64,000 nt of DNA from Lytechinus pictus (GCF_037042905.1 NC_087246.1:8434001-8498000), one strand, 5' to 3'; counted from the stretch's first letter, positions 1 through 14,674 are shown. Notes: generated by a model not told the origin, from the letters alone. Program-made: numbers and translations.

Positions 1-723
1 GGGTGAAAATGAACAATTTCGACAGCTGAAGTATATTGGTTATCGAATCGAAGATAATAGGAGAAACCCCAACAAACTATATATCAATGGAAAGCTCATA
101 CTTCAAGGAATGATAAAATGCTCATTTTGCCACGTTTGAACAGATAATATGCAAATTAGGCTAATTACACCCAAAACATCAAAAAATTTGAAAAAAATAA
201 TGTTCATTTAAAAAATCTAACTTCTTCGTCAATTTCCATCCAATTTGCATGAAATTTTTAGGACATATTTGGGTGGGCTAATAATCAAATTAATGTCGGG
301 TTTTTTGAAAATTTTGAGCAGAACCTAATTTTTTTTTATTTTCGTTGAAATTTCAGATTTTTCTTTGATTTTTCATCATAAAAACTCTCGTGGGGTAGCT
401 ATTGCAAAAAGCCACCATTAATTTGATTATTAGCTTATCCCAAACATTTCCTGAAAATTTTATGTAAATCGGACGAAAATTGACGAAGGAGTTACATTTT
501 TAATAATTTTTGCACGAAAAAATCTGATTTTGAGAAAACAGCCATTTTGTTTTCTTTAACTAATGGTTTACTATGGGGAAAAAATTCATACCCCATTTTT
601 AAGAGAGATAAGAATATATTTGCAGAAAATGGAAACCGGAATCAAAGAGTACACATATAAAGATGCCTTTTCAGCTAGGAAAAAAAATTTGACCTTCAAT
701 TTTTTTTTACCCCACCTTGCACC
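1..723. mobile_element. Non-autonomous TIR element (Kolobok-like, TTAA target), left end cut by the window edge
   Basis: Ends TTTTTACCCCACCTTGCACC|TTAA (TTAA at 724-727). The window starts GGGTGAAAAT, which matches the inner part of the reverse complement (GGTGCAAGGTGGGGTAAAAA). No coding capacity. Confidence 0.55.
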
Positions 724-1334
724 TTAAGCAGGGTCTTTCTGATGTGGATGGTCAAGACATTTCAACTTCCATAAGAAGGATTACGAAAAATAAAGATACA
801 ATTTCTGCACTATTATTAACTTGCAGCAAATTTGTATTGAATTTTTACTATTGCGGCATGAAATATCACACAAGTTGTTACTATGTTCTCATATACAACA
901 TGTTCTTAGTATTTGTTTGCAAACCCCGATGTCTATATGAGCTGTTTAAGTTTATTTTATGCGAATTGAGGCGGACGAAGACTGACAAATTGAACAAATA
1001 AGGAAGATTATACATGCAGTGCGAAGGCGAATTGTTCTCTGGGACAATAAGCATGAGTTTGTACAAGTCACCTTCGCGCGGTGCGTATAATGTTCCGTAT
1101 TTCTCCAATTCGTCAACTTTCGTCTGCCTCAATTTGCATAGATGTGAGGGGGCTTTTACTCTGACCAATTTTAAGGCGGGTGAAGTTCTTGAATAGGCCT
1201 AAATTTCTTGAGCAAATCAGTCTAAGCCTCAAGATCATAAACCAATATAATTGTTCTCTTTGAACACACATCAAGATGCTTTTTGCAACTTTTTTTTAAT
1301 GCAGCAAGAATGTGTTTTATGAGCAGGGTATAAA

Positions 1335-1563
1335 CAGGGCTCCACACTAACCCATTTTTTCTACTGGTCCAACCTATTCATGTCGGACCAGTAGATACCC
1401 AGTTTTTCAAATTTTTACTGGTCCGAACCTAAAATCTACTGGTCCCCCAAAATAAAGAAAACATTTAAAAAAAGGCGCAAGTTTATTTTTCGAGCCTTTC
1501 GTTCCCCCCCCCCCACCAAATAAAATGAAGGAATGAAGGACAAAAAGAAAGCAAGACAGAAAC

Positions 1564-1643
<80 letters not shown>

Positions 1644-1783
1644 GAAGGAAGGAAGGAAGAAAAGGTAAAGAAATGATAGATGTGAAGGAAGGAAAAAAAG
1701 AAAGAACTAAAGGAAAGGAAGGAAGGAATAAAGAAGGAACAAAAAGAAAGAAAGAAAGAAAGAAAGAACGAATGAAAGAATGA

Positions 1784-1822
<39 letters not shown>

Positions 1823-2190
1823 GAAGGAAGGAAGGAAGGAAGGAAGGAAGGAAGGAAGGAAGGAAGGAAGGAAGAAAGGAAGAAAGGAAGAAAGGAAGGA
1901 AGGAAGGAAGGAAGGAAGGAAGGAAGGAAGGAAGGAAGGAAGGAAGGAAGGAAGGAAGGAAGGAAGGAAGGAAGGAAGGAAGGAAGGAAGGAAGGAAGGA
2001 AGGAAGGAAGGAAGGAAGGAAGGAAGGAAGGAAGGAAGGAAGGAAGGAAGGAAGGAAGGAAGGAAGAAAGAAAGAAAAGGTAAAGAAATGATAGATGTGA
2101 AGGAAGGAAAAAAAGAAAGAACTAAAGGAAAGGAAGGAAGGAATAAAGAAGGAACAAAAAGAAAGAAAGAAAGAACGAATGAAAGAATGA

Positions 2191-2226
<36 letters not shown>

Positions 2227-2910
2227 AAAGAAAAAAAGAAATGAAGGAAAGAAATGAAGCAAGCAAAACAGAAAGAAAACTACAAATCCAGTAAGTAGTA
2301 AAAGAAAGAAAGAAGAAGCAATAAAAAAGAAAGGACAAAAGGAGAAATGGAAAGAAGGACAAAAGAAAGAAAGAAAGAGAGGAAGGATTGAAAGAAAGGA
2401 AAGGTAAAATGATTGATAGAAGGAAAGATATAAATAAAGGAAGGAAGGGAAGGAAAGAAGCAAGCAATATAAAAAAAGAAAAGGTAAAAGAATAGATGAA
2501 AGGAAGGAAAAAAGAAAGACCGAGAGACAAAGAAAGGAAGGAATGAAAGAATAAAGGAGCGAGAGGAAGCAAGCAGTCAAAAAAAAAGTAAAGGTAAAAG
2601 GATAGATTTAACAAAGGGAAAAAAGGAAAGAACAAGACAGATAGAAGAAAGGAAGGAATGAATGTTAGAAAGAGAGAAAGGGCTGGAAGAAGGAAGAAAT
2701 AAAAAACAACCAGAAAGGGTAAATAAATGATGGATGGAAGGAAGAAAGAAACAAAAAAAGTAACCAAGAATGAAGGAAAGAAAAGGGTAAAAAGAAGGAA
2801 GGAAAGAAAGGAATGAAAGAAGAGATGAATATAGGATGGATGGACCCAAGAATTAAAGAAAGAAAAAATATCAAAAAGAAAGGAAGGAAGGAAGGAAGGA
2901 AGGAAGGGAA

Positions 2911-2943
<33 letters not shown>

Positions 2944-3322
2944 GAAGAAAGGAAGGGAGGGAGGGAGGGAGGGAGGGAGGGAGGGAGGGAGGGAGGGAGG
3001 GAGGGAGGGAGGGAGGGAGGGAGGGAAGGGAAGGAAGGAAGGAAGGAAGGAAGGAAGGAAGGAAGGAAGGAAGGAAGGAAGGAAGGAAGGAAGGAAGGAA
3101 GGAAGGAAGGAAGGAAGGAAGGAAGGAAGGAAGGAAGGAAGGAAGGAAGGAAGGAAGAAGGAAGGAAGGAAGGAAGGAAGGAAGGAAGGAAGGAAGGAAG
3201 AAAGGAAGAAAGGAAGAAAGGAAGGAAGGAAGAAAGGAAGAAAGGAAGAAAGGAAGAAAGGAAGAAAGGAAGAAAGGAAGAAAGGAAGAAAGGAAGAAAG
3301 GAAGAAAGGAAGAAAGAGAAAG

Positions 3323-3353
<31 letters not shown>

Positions 3354-4203
3354 GAAAAAAGAAATAGAGAAAAATATTTTTTTAAAGGAAAGAAAGAATG
3401 AAAGAACAAATTAAAGAAAAAAGGGAAATTAAAAAAGAAAGACAGTAAAAAAAAAAAATCAAAGAAGAGAGGGGAGAAACAAAGAAAGATTGAAAAGAGA
3501 GAAGGAAAGAAAGATAGGAAGAAAACAGAGGAAGAAAGTTAAAACTATCATCAAATAATTTATCAGTTTCTTTTTGGCTCAATTAAAATAGCTACGAAAG
3601 AAAGTCAGAAACCAAGTGTATCAAGACACACATAAATGCATATGTGGGGCTATTATGTATTCAGACGATATCACCCGAAACCCGATCTGTTTGAACCAAA
3701 ACAGAAGTGAAAATTTCTCCTTTTACTGCTTACAAATGACAGAGATACTCCAATTTTTAGGAAATGTGGACATTATAAGAGCCTTTCATGAGTATGAACC
3801 GTGAATTTTGACAGTTCTGTGATAGATTTCTGCCAGAGTTTAGCCAGGCTTCGTTCGCGCAGCCAGTACAGAATTTACCACGTGGGTTGTGTGGCTGGCT
3901 ACATACACTGTATGCTACTCTAGTGTGTGTATTCTGTGTGTGAATGACAAAATTTAACGGGGGGAAATGGTTTGCAGTGAATTTGACCATTTCTGGAAAA
4001 GTTATTGGCCCAACAATGGATTTTATTACTGGTCATGTCGGACCCTTAAATCTTGCTATTTTTGGAAAAATTACTGGCCCGACAATGATATTTTTTACTG
4101 GTCATGTCGGACCAGTAAATCTTCCTACTTCTGAAAATCTACTGGCCCAACAGTGATTTTTACCGGTCTGGGACCGTCGGACCGGCGCTAGTGTCGAGCC
4201 CTG
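1335..4203. mobile_element. Non-autonomous CAGGG-terminal (hAT-like) element carrying a giant purine microsatellite
   Basis: TIRs CAGGGCTCCACACTA / TAGTGTCGAGCCCTG. GTATAAA is duplicated at 1328-1334 and 4204-4210 (8-bp GGTATAAA if the terminal G is shared). Subterminal TTACTGG(T/C)CC / GGACCAGTA repeats occur at both ends. Confidence 0.8.
1530..3535 (+). repeat. Compound homopurine microsatellite (GAAA)n/(GGAA)n/(GGGA)n/(GGAAGAAA)n
   Basis: Directly visible tetranucleotide arrays. An internal block starting GAAAAGGTAAAGAAATGATAGATGTG is duplicated near 1659 and 2074. Confidence 0.97.
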
Positions 4204-5976
4204 GTATAAATAACATTACTTTTTTAATGAAAAGCTAGATACCTTCTGAAATTGAATAACCCTCGAGATAGCTGAAGAAATGGACACTTTTGCTGACGCA
4301 GCTTTGGACTTCCCTTGACTTGCAGGAGGCAATAGGCACGAGAGGAGGAGGATAGCAGATGTGCTGGAATTCCATCCTGTGCATTACAAAATAAAAATTA
4401 ATCATTATTAAACAGGCTTTCATGTTGACCAAGGTGAAAAATAGAAGCTAAATGTACCAAAATAATTACACCTTCTTATGAGTAGAATTTATTCAAAGGG
4501 GGTGGGAAAAAAAGAAATTAACAGGATTTATGAGAAATGGAATATTTATGCATGGGAGAAGGCAACATTCATGGCAAAGCACCTAACCTCCTAATAAAGA
4601 TTCCACAATGGACCACGCAAAAAAATTTCTTCTTCATAGCTTCATAATTAATATGATAATAGAATTATGGAGAACATGTTCTTACTACAAATAACTTTGC
4701 CAAGTGGGCATTATAATGTAATTTTTTGTAATTCTCATTGAAACAATCATATTAATCATCATAATAACTTCCCAATAATTTAGACAAGCGGTTTACGAAT
4801 CAGACTGATTATTAAATGTTGACACAGGCATTGCTGCTGTCTGAAAAGATGGCACCTATGTCTCGATTCTATTACGCAAGTAAGACAAAAATTAATGATC
4901 ACTCGAGCTCATTATTACCACGAATGAGTAGGATTTTGAAAATCAATCTTTCAATGTTTTCAAAATAAGTATTCTGTATGTAAGAATCGTTAGATGAATT
5001 GCAATAGATATTTCTAAAAAGTCCAGTATCCCAGCCTTCCAGTTGACAAAGAAAAATATAGAGGAAAAAAAATTGTTGTAATAGGGATGGGTAATTTCTC
5101 GCTATTTCAGCATACTCGTCCCTTAATACATTTTTTTCCATGAGACTGCAGGCTCTTTGGTGGAATTCTCAATGGTGATTTAAGACCATGGTCTAAGCTG
5201 GGTACAAAACCATGGATTGGATTAGATTTGCGCATATTCTAAAACTTGTCCACTGAACATACTTGTGTGCCAATTAATGAAGCACAAATTCAAACTAACC
5301 CACAATTTATCAAAGGTTCATCCATGGTCTCAAATAATAAAATATCAAGAATTCCACCCTTTACGATATCCGAGGGTGCATTCAAGGGAATGTGCAAAAT
5401 TACCTTCTTTATTTTGATCAGAACTGTCATAAGATGACAGAAGCTCCATCACTGTCAAGTTTCCTTTCTGTTTTAGAAGTTGTCTTGCAAGTGTAACAAC
5501 CTTGGGCTTCAACTCAGGCCATTTGGTCAGGAAACGTGAGTGATTTTCAGGAAAAAGTTTCCGAAAATCTACCTCTATCTGCAAGAATATGTGTAAAAGG
5601 AAAACGGGGAAAGAGAAAAAAAAATAAACGATGCATAATTTTACAGTACATATATCCCAAATACCTTCAAAGCTGAGACTCCCATATATACACACCTGTA
5701 ACCAATAAGAAGTACTTTTGAAGGTCTCTCTACACGAAATCCATGCAAGAAAGGAAACTTGCTGGACCTTTCAACAAGGAATAGAATCGCCTCTCTTCTT
5801 TGAAATAGATTAGATTTTCTAGATATCACTAAATTTGATGTAACTGTCTTTCACAAAGGTACATGACAACCAGTAATGGTAATTGTACACCAACAGACAG
5901 TCACATGTGGTAAATACAGATACAGATTGAAGGATAAAACTGGCAGAATCTTAGGACTGACATTTTCAAAATCTTA

Positions 5977-6397
5977 AGGCCACCGCACACCTTACGACCC
6001 GACTGGTCGGCGACTGGCTTGCGACTGAGAGAAGGGAGATGAATCGCAAGGTAGTCATAAGCCACGACACCGCACACCTTGCGATCCGATTTGCGACTCA
6101 CGCATGCGCTTTTTGCTTTTTGGCATAACAACAAAGAGAATGCGTTTACTACTGCGTATGCGCGTTGTTTATCACATACGCGTCGTGCAACTCTGCTGTC
6201 TGATTGGCTGGAATTTGGATTGAGCTTGCGATCCAGTCATAAGGATTCGACATGTCAAATTCTTCCGATTTTCCTTGCGACTTGTCTCTGACCGGTCTGC
6301 GACTCTGAAGCTGACATGCGCTGTGACGTCACATCTCCCCTCAGATCAGTCGCAAGCCAGTCGGCGACTGGTCGGGTCGTAAGGTGTGCGGTGGCCT
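5977..6397. mobile_element. PIF/Harbinger-type MITE
   Basis: Long TIR AGGCCACCGCACACCTTACGACCCGAC... / ...GTCGGGTCGTAAGGTGTGCGGTGGCCT, with a TTA target duplication (5974-5976, 6398-6400). Confidence 0.88.
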
Positions 6398-7479
6398 TTA
6401 AACATATATAATAAAACAGAGAAATATGGTTTAGATGCCTCAGTACCAAGTAATAATTATGACGCTTGAATTTCAATACACATAATTTTGCTGCCTTAGG
6501 CCTGAGAGGCTAAAACAAGAATTAGGAGTAAATTTTTTGTAACACGTACCAAACCTGGAACAGTTTCAAAAGGAAACTGTTCCAAAATATCCGATGCGGT
6601 GCGTCCGTCCCTGACCATGTGCTGTCTAACGGGGAAAGTAGATTGCATCTTTTCAACAACCAGGGTAGAATCACGTTCTAATGTTGGACAGTGCTGCAAC
6701 CAGTTGAGGTCTCTTCATCATAGGTGCAGCCTGGAGCAGATTCCTGGTAACCTTCTCGGACCTTCCTCGGACCACCATCTCTGCTTGATGGCTTGGGTAA
6801 TGGGTTGGATGTCTTCTCCTCTGTTGTACGGTTAACATTTTTTATTCTAGCAGCCAGGAATCCAGTGTTACTTCTTGCATCAAAAAAAGCTTCCTAAAGT
6901 GAAAGAACAATGTAGATGAATGTAAACAGACGACCCAAAAACATAATGCCTCCAGCAACCACCTTCGGTGGGCGGAGGAATAAAAATTTCATGCATTTCT
7001 ATTGATCTCATGCCTAGGCATCTTTCGGTTATATCATTTGCCAACGGAAATAGATGCATCTCACACAAGTATAAATAATCATTTTTTTTTAGCTTTTTGT
7101 TGATAATATTAACCTTGAAAGGATGCACAAAATGATTTGATGAGATATTGTAGTTTTCAAAAAAAAAATTGAGCAAAGTAGCATTAGTGTCATATAATGC
7201 AATCATCTTGACTTTGATACAAGGACGCATCACTTTGCCCCACTTCAAGAAAAAAAGGTTTTGTCTGGTTGTGAAGGAGATCAGAATGGTATCAAACATT
7301 TCTTATTGGATATTGTGTCGAAGATGGCAGAGTGTGACCTACACAAGATAGAATAAAGAAAAAAAAAAAACTTCTCAGAATATAATTTAGAGAGGTTTTG
7401 AGGGTATCTTATCTTATCAGAATATCATCAGTTTTGTTCAAGTTAATGGAATGCAATACCTTCTTATCAGAGAGGACCA

Positions 7480-7915
7480 GGCCCGTATTCAATTCAATAC
7501 TTAAGTCAGAAAAATAAGTATTTTACTTAGGTTTTTGCTCGGATACTTGGCGGATTTTGGTATTCAATTCATAAATTTGGCCAAGCATTTTACTTGAAAT
7601 TCAAGACACCTCTCGAGGGGACTAAAGCCAAAGCATTTACAAATTTCATTGGTAGATGAAGGCTTGTGTGCGCAATCACTCTCAGCTGCGCAGAAATAAG
7701 AAGTAGGGCATTTTTGATGCAATAAGTTAACTGCACATCATTTGGGCACAAAATTGTGATGTCACAATGCCCTCAATAAGTATTTTACTTAAATTTTGAC
7801 TTATTAAAGTAAAATGCTTAGAAATGAATTGAATACGAAATAAGTAAATATCTTGGCCAAGTGAAATACTTCGTAAAGAACTTATTTAGTGAAAGTACTT
7901 ATTTGAATACGGGCC
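7480..7915. mobile_element. MITE (Harbinger-like, GGCCC termini)
   Basis: TIR GGCCCGTATTCAA / TTGAATACGGGCC with CA(G) flanks, and internal inverted AAGTATTTTACTT motifs. Confidence 0.75.
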
Positions 7916-10096
7916 CAGGGTATAATACTTACATGACCAGTGCTAGTAAACGGATCCCTAAGGCTTGGAAACAGATTCACTATCCCCATGGCATATTTGG
8001 TTTTCATAGCTGCTTTTGGATGTTTGCTGTGAAATAAGAAAGTACATCTCCTGTATGTGAATTACAGTCATATGTACACATTACTGGCTCTATTAAAACA
8101 GAACATATGCTGATAACAAGTGGCATACCCCCTAGTGTCTCGTCTGCATCGCATACTTTGCTATAGTTTAGTATTTTTGTATTACTTTGAAATCTCAAAA
8201 TGTCACATGGTTAGTTCATAATACATTTATAAAGTGAGGCCTCATCACGATGAGGCCGCTCACATCTACTGCCTTAAACTACTTTAACAGATACTAGTTT
8301 AATGGTCACAAAAGTGGCTGTCAGTGGCCTCTTAAAAAAAATCCACCTCGCAAGGTAGTTTTTGTGGTAGAGCACAGCAAGGGTTGCGGGAGATTACCAT
8401 AGCAACAAAACTTCTTTACGTTAACTAGATTTCAAGTTCACATTGTGGGCATGTAGATGTGAACGTCTTCAACTGGCCATCTGAACCGGATTTGGAAACT
8501 AGTTTAATGGAAGCCACTTTTGAAAATGATATGTGAACAGCCTCAAACTGATGCTACGATGATTATAGTTACCGGTAAGACTTTTTCATTAATGTAGGTT
8601 CACTTTAATGACCCAAAAATGTCACTCACAAAACTGGTAATACCTGATTAACCATCATGTGCAAATCACATTAAAAAATGAATATTCTGAAAAACAATTT
8701 TGAAAAGACAACAAATTCCTTTAAATGTAACTTCAGTCTCTTGTCACATGTCACAAATTTAAAGGAAACTTTTGCTGGCACTTACCCATACTGTTCTTGC
8801 ATGTGGGCTACCAAAAGGTTAATCATCTGCCGTCTGGTTTTGTCTTGAAGTGCTCCGGTCAAATCATATTCTTGGAGAATGGCATCACCTCTTTGCCGCA
8901 AAATTTCATGTACAAACTGCAAAAAGATAAATCATCACATGAAGTCATAAATAAAGGCACTTGAATTCATACCGACCTTTCTAAGGGCACAAAATTCTGA
9001 CTATGAATTTAAATCAGTAAATTATGGTGATATATGGCCAATAATCCCAAATTCTAAACAATAAAATTAATTTATAGAGCTTGACATTGTTTAAATATTG
9101 TTAAATACACACCCCAACAAACATCCAACACACACACACACACGCACACACAAACACACATAAACATGCATGAGGAGACCCATGAGGGTACAGGGAAATT
9201 TGTGTTTATTGTAATGCAAGTTCCTTAAGGTCTAAACAAGAAAATAGATTTCTACTTGATCTAGACATGTAAGCTAAATGGCATTGGGATACCGTCTAAA
9301 GTGCCCTGAACAGTTTTCTTTACTTGTATAACCACAAACAATACAACAGGAAACTTTTCAAATTTTTGGGATAATCATGGACACTACAATAAAGTTGATG
9401 TAACATTTGATGCATAATATCTTCTACTTTTTAATTTTGATGTTAGTCCTTTCCCTTGCTACCCTCAGAGGTCTCCATGGAACCAGATCATGAGATGCAT
9501 TATTCAAAGATTATCTACCCCAACTCTCTTTCCCATTTCTAAAACATTTCAAAAAATTTGGCTATTCAATTTAAACCTCTAGACAAAATACCATTTGTTT
9601 GAAATCATACCATCCATTATCTGGAAAAAAAGAAATTACATTAGTTGCTCACTGTGAACCTATACCATTAAAAAATCGTACTGCACACAATATCATTTAC
9701 ATTTTTAGTTCCAACAACACTAGATCCAGGGGCGGATCCAGCTTTTTATAAAGGGGGGGGGGGTTGGGGTGGTATGCGAGGGAGCGTAGCGACCGAGTCC
9801 AAGCGAGCGAGGGGGGAGGGTGTGGGAGGGGGGTGTCCCCCCTCCCACAGTAGGGAAAATTTTTGAAAATCTGTGTGTGAAAATGGCGTTTTCTTGCATC
9901 TAAAACACCACTCTTTTTGGTATAGAGGTCGTTGCCAAATTAACCCCCATGAAAATTTGTAAAATTAAGTTGCATTTTCCTGCAATGTAAGGCAAGTTAA
10001 CAACACAGATACAAAGAATTGGGGACCTTGGAATAAGCACTGTTAGCCTAATACTTTTATTATGAACAGCTTGTCACTGATACTCACTGGCAAATC

Positions 10097-13000
10097 TCAG
10101 TCAAATATGATGGACTGGCAGAAGAGACGCCTTGGATGTTTCTGTACAAATCCCTGAACTATTTTGCTGGAACTTAGCTGCAGGGTTGCCTGGTAGTGGA
10201 TAGCCATGAGGGTGAGTCCAGCAAGCCTCTCTTCCCCCATAGTAGATCGAAGATATGTCTTTACTCTTCTGAGTGCCGAAAAAGAACGTTCAGCCTCGCA
10301 GCTGGTGACTGGAGACGTGCAGCCCAGAATGATCAGCGTCCTGATGTTAGGAAAAAAGTCCTCATCAGCATGTCCCAGGCAGTCAACCAAGTTCTCAGGA
10401 AGCTGAGCTTTGTCCATGTTTTGAAAAAATCTTGTCCAGCTCTGGATCTCTGCCTGAAACATAAATATATTAAATATCACAGTGCTGTCTCTTGGTGTCA
10501 AACAATTATTAATATTGAGTACATTCAAGTGCCAACATAAGTATACAACTGTTTTCTGCATGGTGGGTGTCGATGATCCCGGGGGGATGGGGGATATATC
10601 CTCCCCCCCCCTTCATGACCCATAAAATCATCCCCCACCCAATATTGAAGGTCATAAGAATAAGAAAACTGGGAGAAAATGGTACCTTAAAGTTTCCTGG
10701 TGAAGGAAGATCTGCTTCCCAGAACATCAGCTCCTGCATCTGTTCGTCAAGAGCCTCTGCGTTAGTCAGGAGTACGCTCGGAAGAAGTCCCATAATGGAC
10801 CTCATGCATCGGTTTTCTGGGGAGAATCTTTCTGTCAGACCTTGGCTGTAGCTATCCAGAAAGGGCACAGCTATCGCTCTCTTGAAATATGTGCTATAAC
10901 CAAAGAGAACAAATGACAATATATTGTCATCATTGGAATATACTATCTTTACAGAACATATAATTGCATTTGGAACTGTACTGGAGATTGTTGAAGATAA
11001 CTTAAATTAAAAAGAAATACTATTTCCGTGTTACTCAAAAACTGGTAGAAACTATCCATGCCCAAGGAGAATAATTCCGCATACTGAGGAAGGGGTAGAT
11101 CCCCCATTTCTTTAGTGACTGACATGGAGCTACTTGTTATATATCCTTTATTAACTAGAAAATAATGACAAGCTGTACAAATAATAGAATTATAGAAAAC
11201 AAAGATGGTTATTTTTAGCAAAAGATGACCCCTCCGAACATTAGGCTCCCATCTTATTGGCTAGATTACTGATAATGAGTCATTAAAGTCAGTAGGTATT
11301 GTTCCTTAGTATTGCACATTGTCTCAAGAATGCACAAAATAAAAAAAATGAGAAAATATCAATGACATACTGGTATAGTATTCACCTTGGTGTATCAGCA
11401 GGAACATTAGCTCGATTTCTCTGCACATTGGTCGTTCTTGGAGTTTCCATGCTACTCCCAACGTCCTCTGCAATTGCACAAGACTCAATGAACCATTCAT
11501 CCCACACTTCATCGATGTTCACGCGCATGCTTTGGATTTCCTTGGTGACAAAGTCAATGTGACCATACGCCTTAAATATGTCACTGTCTCTCTTCTGAAG
11601 TTTGACACTTAGTGCCTTTACCGGTTGCAGTCCATTTTTGAGAACCACCAGTGCGCTGATATGAGTTCCACTGGTAAGGGAACATCTCAGGCCCTCTGCT
11701 TTTACCAGGGTTTCTCTGTCCCAGTCCCAGTCTTCATAGTTCTCATCTTCTCCACTTTCTTCAGGTGCAGTTGTCAGCAGTGGATAAAGACCTGGTGTCA
11801 CCATGGAGTGCAAGCAGGTGACAATGTATTTGTACAGAAGCACCAGGGTTTCCAGGCAGTCATGGCGCTCCACCCATCTCGTCTTACAAAGGCCCTTCAG
11901 CTTCTTTACCTTTTGTTTAGGTGCATAAACCTGGAGCACAAACTCCAAGTACCGTTGCCTCTTTGGGGAGAGTTGAAAGAAGAGGTACAGCTCGTTAATG
12001 ATCCCAATCACATTGCGCAGTGCCTGAACTTTGCAGGAGCCAGCTACGGCCAGATTCAAGACATGTGATCTGCAGTGGGTATAAAGAGCAAGTGGATTCT
12101 GGGCCTTGATCTGTGCCTGGGTACCAACATTGCTGCTAGACATTGCACTTGCCCCATCATAAGCCTGACCTCTAATGTTTTTCACATCTAAACCATTTCT
12201 GCGGAGGACGGACATGATAGCCTTCCCCACCTTCTCTCCAGTGGCACGTCTGAGGTGAATGAAGTCAATGAAGACTTCCATGATCTGTGGGTGATCAGCT
12301 GTTGACAGATCAAGGAATCTGACACAGACAGAAAGCACCTCTTGGTTGGCATGGGGATCAGTGACTTCGTCAGCTATGATGCTATAGAAAGTTGTTTTCT
12401 TGAGAGGGTGCAAGAGCTCCTCCTTCAGACATTCTGCTGCTGTTAGGATGATATCATTTTGGATAGTCTTAGAGATGTATTTCTGGTTCTTCTTGCCTCT
12501 TCGCAGATGTTCATCCAGCACCGGATCCCTGGCAGCTGTGTGTTCCAGTAAAGCCAGAAAGTTCCCTCTGTTAATTAGGGGGTTGGCTGTGCTGTCATCT
12601 CTATGTCCTCTCAAGGACAAACCCTGTCTTGCCAGTAGTAGAATTATTTCCACGATCTCGACCAGGATGTGACGATTGGTTTCAGATAGTCGCTGAGCCT
12701 CATAACTGAGTTTGTTGTCAATTCTAGACTCAGGATTCTGGTAAGTGCTGATAAAAGCCTTTGCTGTGTCAGTAGCCTGCTTGTGGTACATGTTGGCAGC
12801 ATGGTTGGTGAGGATGCCATCTTTGCCCTTGGCACGAGCAAACTTGGTGAATGGGACTTTCACTAGAACTCCAAAAGTACTCTTGTTGCTCTTTGCATAC
12901 AAGGTACAGTATTTGCAGAAACCACCCTTTTGTGATGGTGAATATACCAGCCATGGGTACTCTTCAAGCCAGGAAATCTGGGAGCTAACTTTCCAATTGT

Positions 13001-14586
13001 TGCCGCCCTTTCTAACTTCTTGGAATGCCAGCATGCTGCTCTTGTCAGGCTTGAAATGGTTTGTCAGGAGCTGAAACTTTTTTGTGTCCGAGAGTTTTGA
13101 TTTCTCATCTGGAGCAAGCAAACCGACATCAATGACATCAACATCCATGGCAGACTCCTCAAACTCTAGATTGGCATCAGGACTATTACTACAGACTCCA
13201 CCTAAAGTAGACCCAACCCCACCCCCAGCAGAACTAGGACTGTCATCACTGCAAAGGACACTGTCACCACTGGTATTTGTATCACCCTGATCAGAAGCCA
13301 CTTTGTGATCATCCTTCTCAGACCTGTATAAAGGATGTGAAAACACTAACTTCAATAGCTACTATTTACTAAACCTGTTCATTATCATGACCATCCTGTA
13401 AATGATGAACTAATCCTGCAAACTAAAATATTTGTTAAATGTTGTGTTTTTTTAATGAGAAAATATAGTTTTTAATCATTGTTACAGCAAATGAAATTAC
13501 TTAATTTTTGTGGCCCAAAAGGGCAACTGCCAAAAAAGTTCATATTAAGCTCTGGGAAATGCAAACATAATTAATATTCTATTCTACTGGCCGAACGGGC
13601 CATTTAAATTTTCCTACTCACATTCTAAAAAAATTGTTAATGGCAGTTTGATCACTTTCCTAAATATGCCCAAGTATAATTGATTCAATTTTAACTTAAA
13701 CTAGTCAAAATTAATACAGTAGGTATCATACCCGGCAAGGGGGGGGGGGGCAGGAATACCTGGCCCAAAAAGTGGTAGGCAAGTGCCGCTGGCAAAAAAA
13801 ATAGGGGGCATCGCCATCGGCAAGGGAATACTATGAAAAATAGGGGGCATTGGAACGACCGGAATGGCAGATTGGAAGGAAAACCCAATGCTTTGGAACA
13901 GTTTTTCTTTTTTTTTCCATTGACAAGAAAAAACAGCATGCTTTGGAACGTTGTTTTCTTTCGTATTTTTTCATCTACAAGACAAAAAGTGTGATGTACA
14001 AGAACGGCTTCGAGCGAAAAAAGGCGATGCAACTCAGCGGCACATACCCACTACCCATTTTCTAAATGGCATTTTGAACTTACTACCCCCCCCCTCCCCC
14101 GGGTTATCATTTAAACATGGTATTATGAAGTATAGTTACTCGGATATGCTATCTACAGAAGATATGAAACTACTCTGTTATACAGTTATAGAAGAAAAAA
14201 TCAAAGCATAAGTATAAGAGTTGTATACTTTGTTATTTTGCCGTTGGCTTAGCCTTAGATTACTCAACATTATCTTTTCTGACTCAGCGATTCATCAATC
14301 CCAAAACACGCCTGCGCTCTGGCAGAGAATTTACACACACACCGTACACAGCTACTCAAATTGTAAGCTGACCAGTCGGGCGACTGAGCGCCCTTTCCCC
14401 GCGAAGCGTGGGTGCTGGATGTGTTTTATTTACTCAAATTGTAGTATTACAACACGTCCGTATTACACCCCCATGTATGGTAATTTACCCTGTATGCCAA
14501 CTTTTTTGCATGATTCAAACATACCTTCCAGTAAAAAAAGATGCGAGACTGGATTGCCGCAACTTCTTTGCCCTGTTTGCTTCCAT
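10097..14586 (-). CDS. hAT transposase (TTF-type zinc finger, DUF4371-like core, hAT C-terminal dimerisation domain), 4 exons, 854 aa, open
   Basis: Exons 14586-14525 (MEANRAKKLRQSSLASFFTG), 13323-11386, 10893-10686 and 10453-10097. All introns are GT-AG with consistent phases; total 2565 nt. Motifs: WLVYSPSQKGGFCKYC, LSLRGHRD, YSIIADEVTD, GQAYDGASAMS, HCRSHVLNL, CKTRWVERH, PVTSCEAERSFSALRRVKTYLRSTMGEERLAGL. Confidence 0.9.
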
Positions 14587-14674
14587 ATTGCTTGTCACTA
14601 CATGTACACTCAGATCAGACTGATAAAAAAGTGAGCAACTTGAACAAGTAATCCAGGAAATGAGCAGCCCAGCT

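Noticed and set aside
1436..3409. 657-aa Phe/Leu/Ser/Pro ORF and the overlapping Lys/Glu/Gly/Arg ORFs
   Set aside because: These are translations of tetranucleotide microsatellites that lack stop codons, not genes.
10196..13290. Plus-strand ORFs over the hAT (and likewise over the RecQ, Sola2 and Gypsy genes)
   Set aside because: They are antisense shadows of real minus-strand coding frames and carry no motifs.
10097..14586. Host ZMYM1 or THAP12/PRKRIR gene
   Set aside because: It is bounded by TIRs and a TSD and has no MYM or THAP domain, so it is a transposase.
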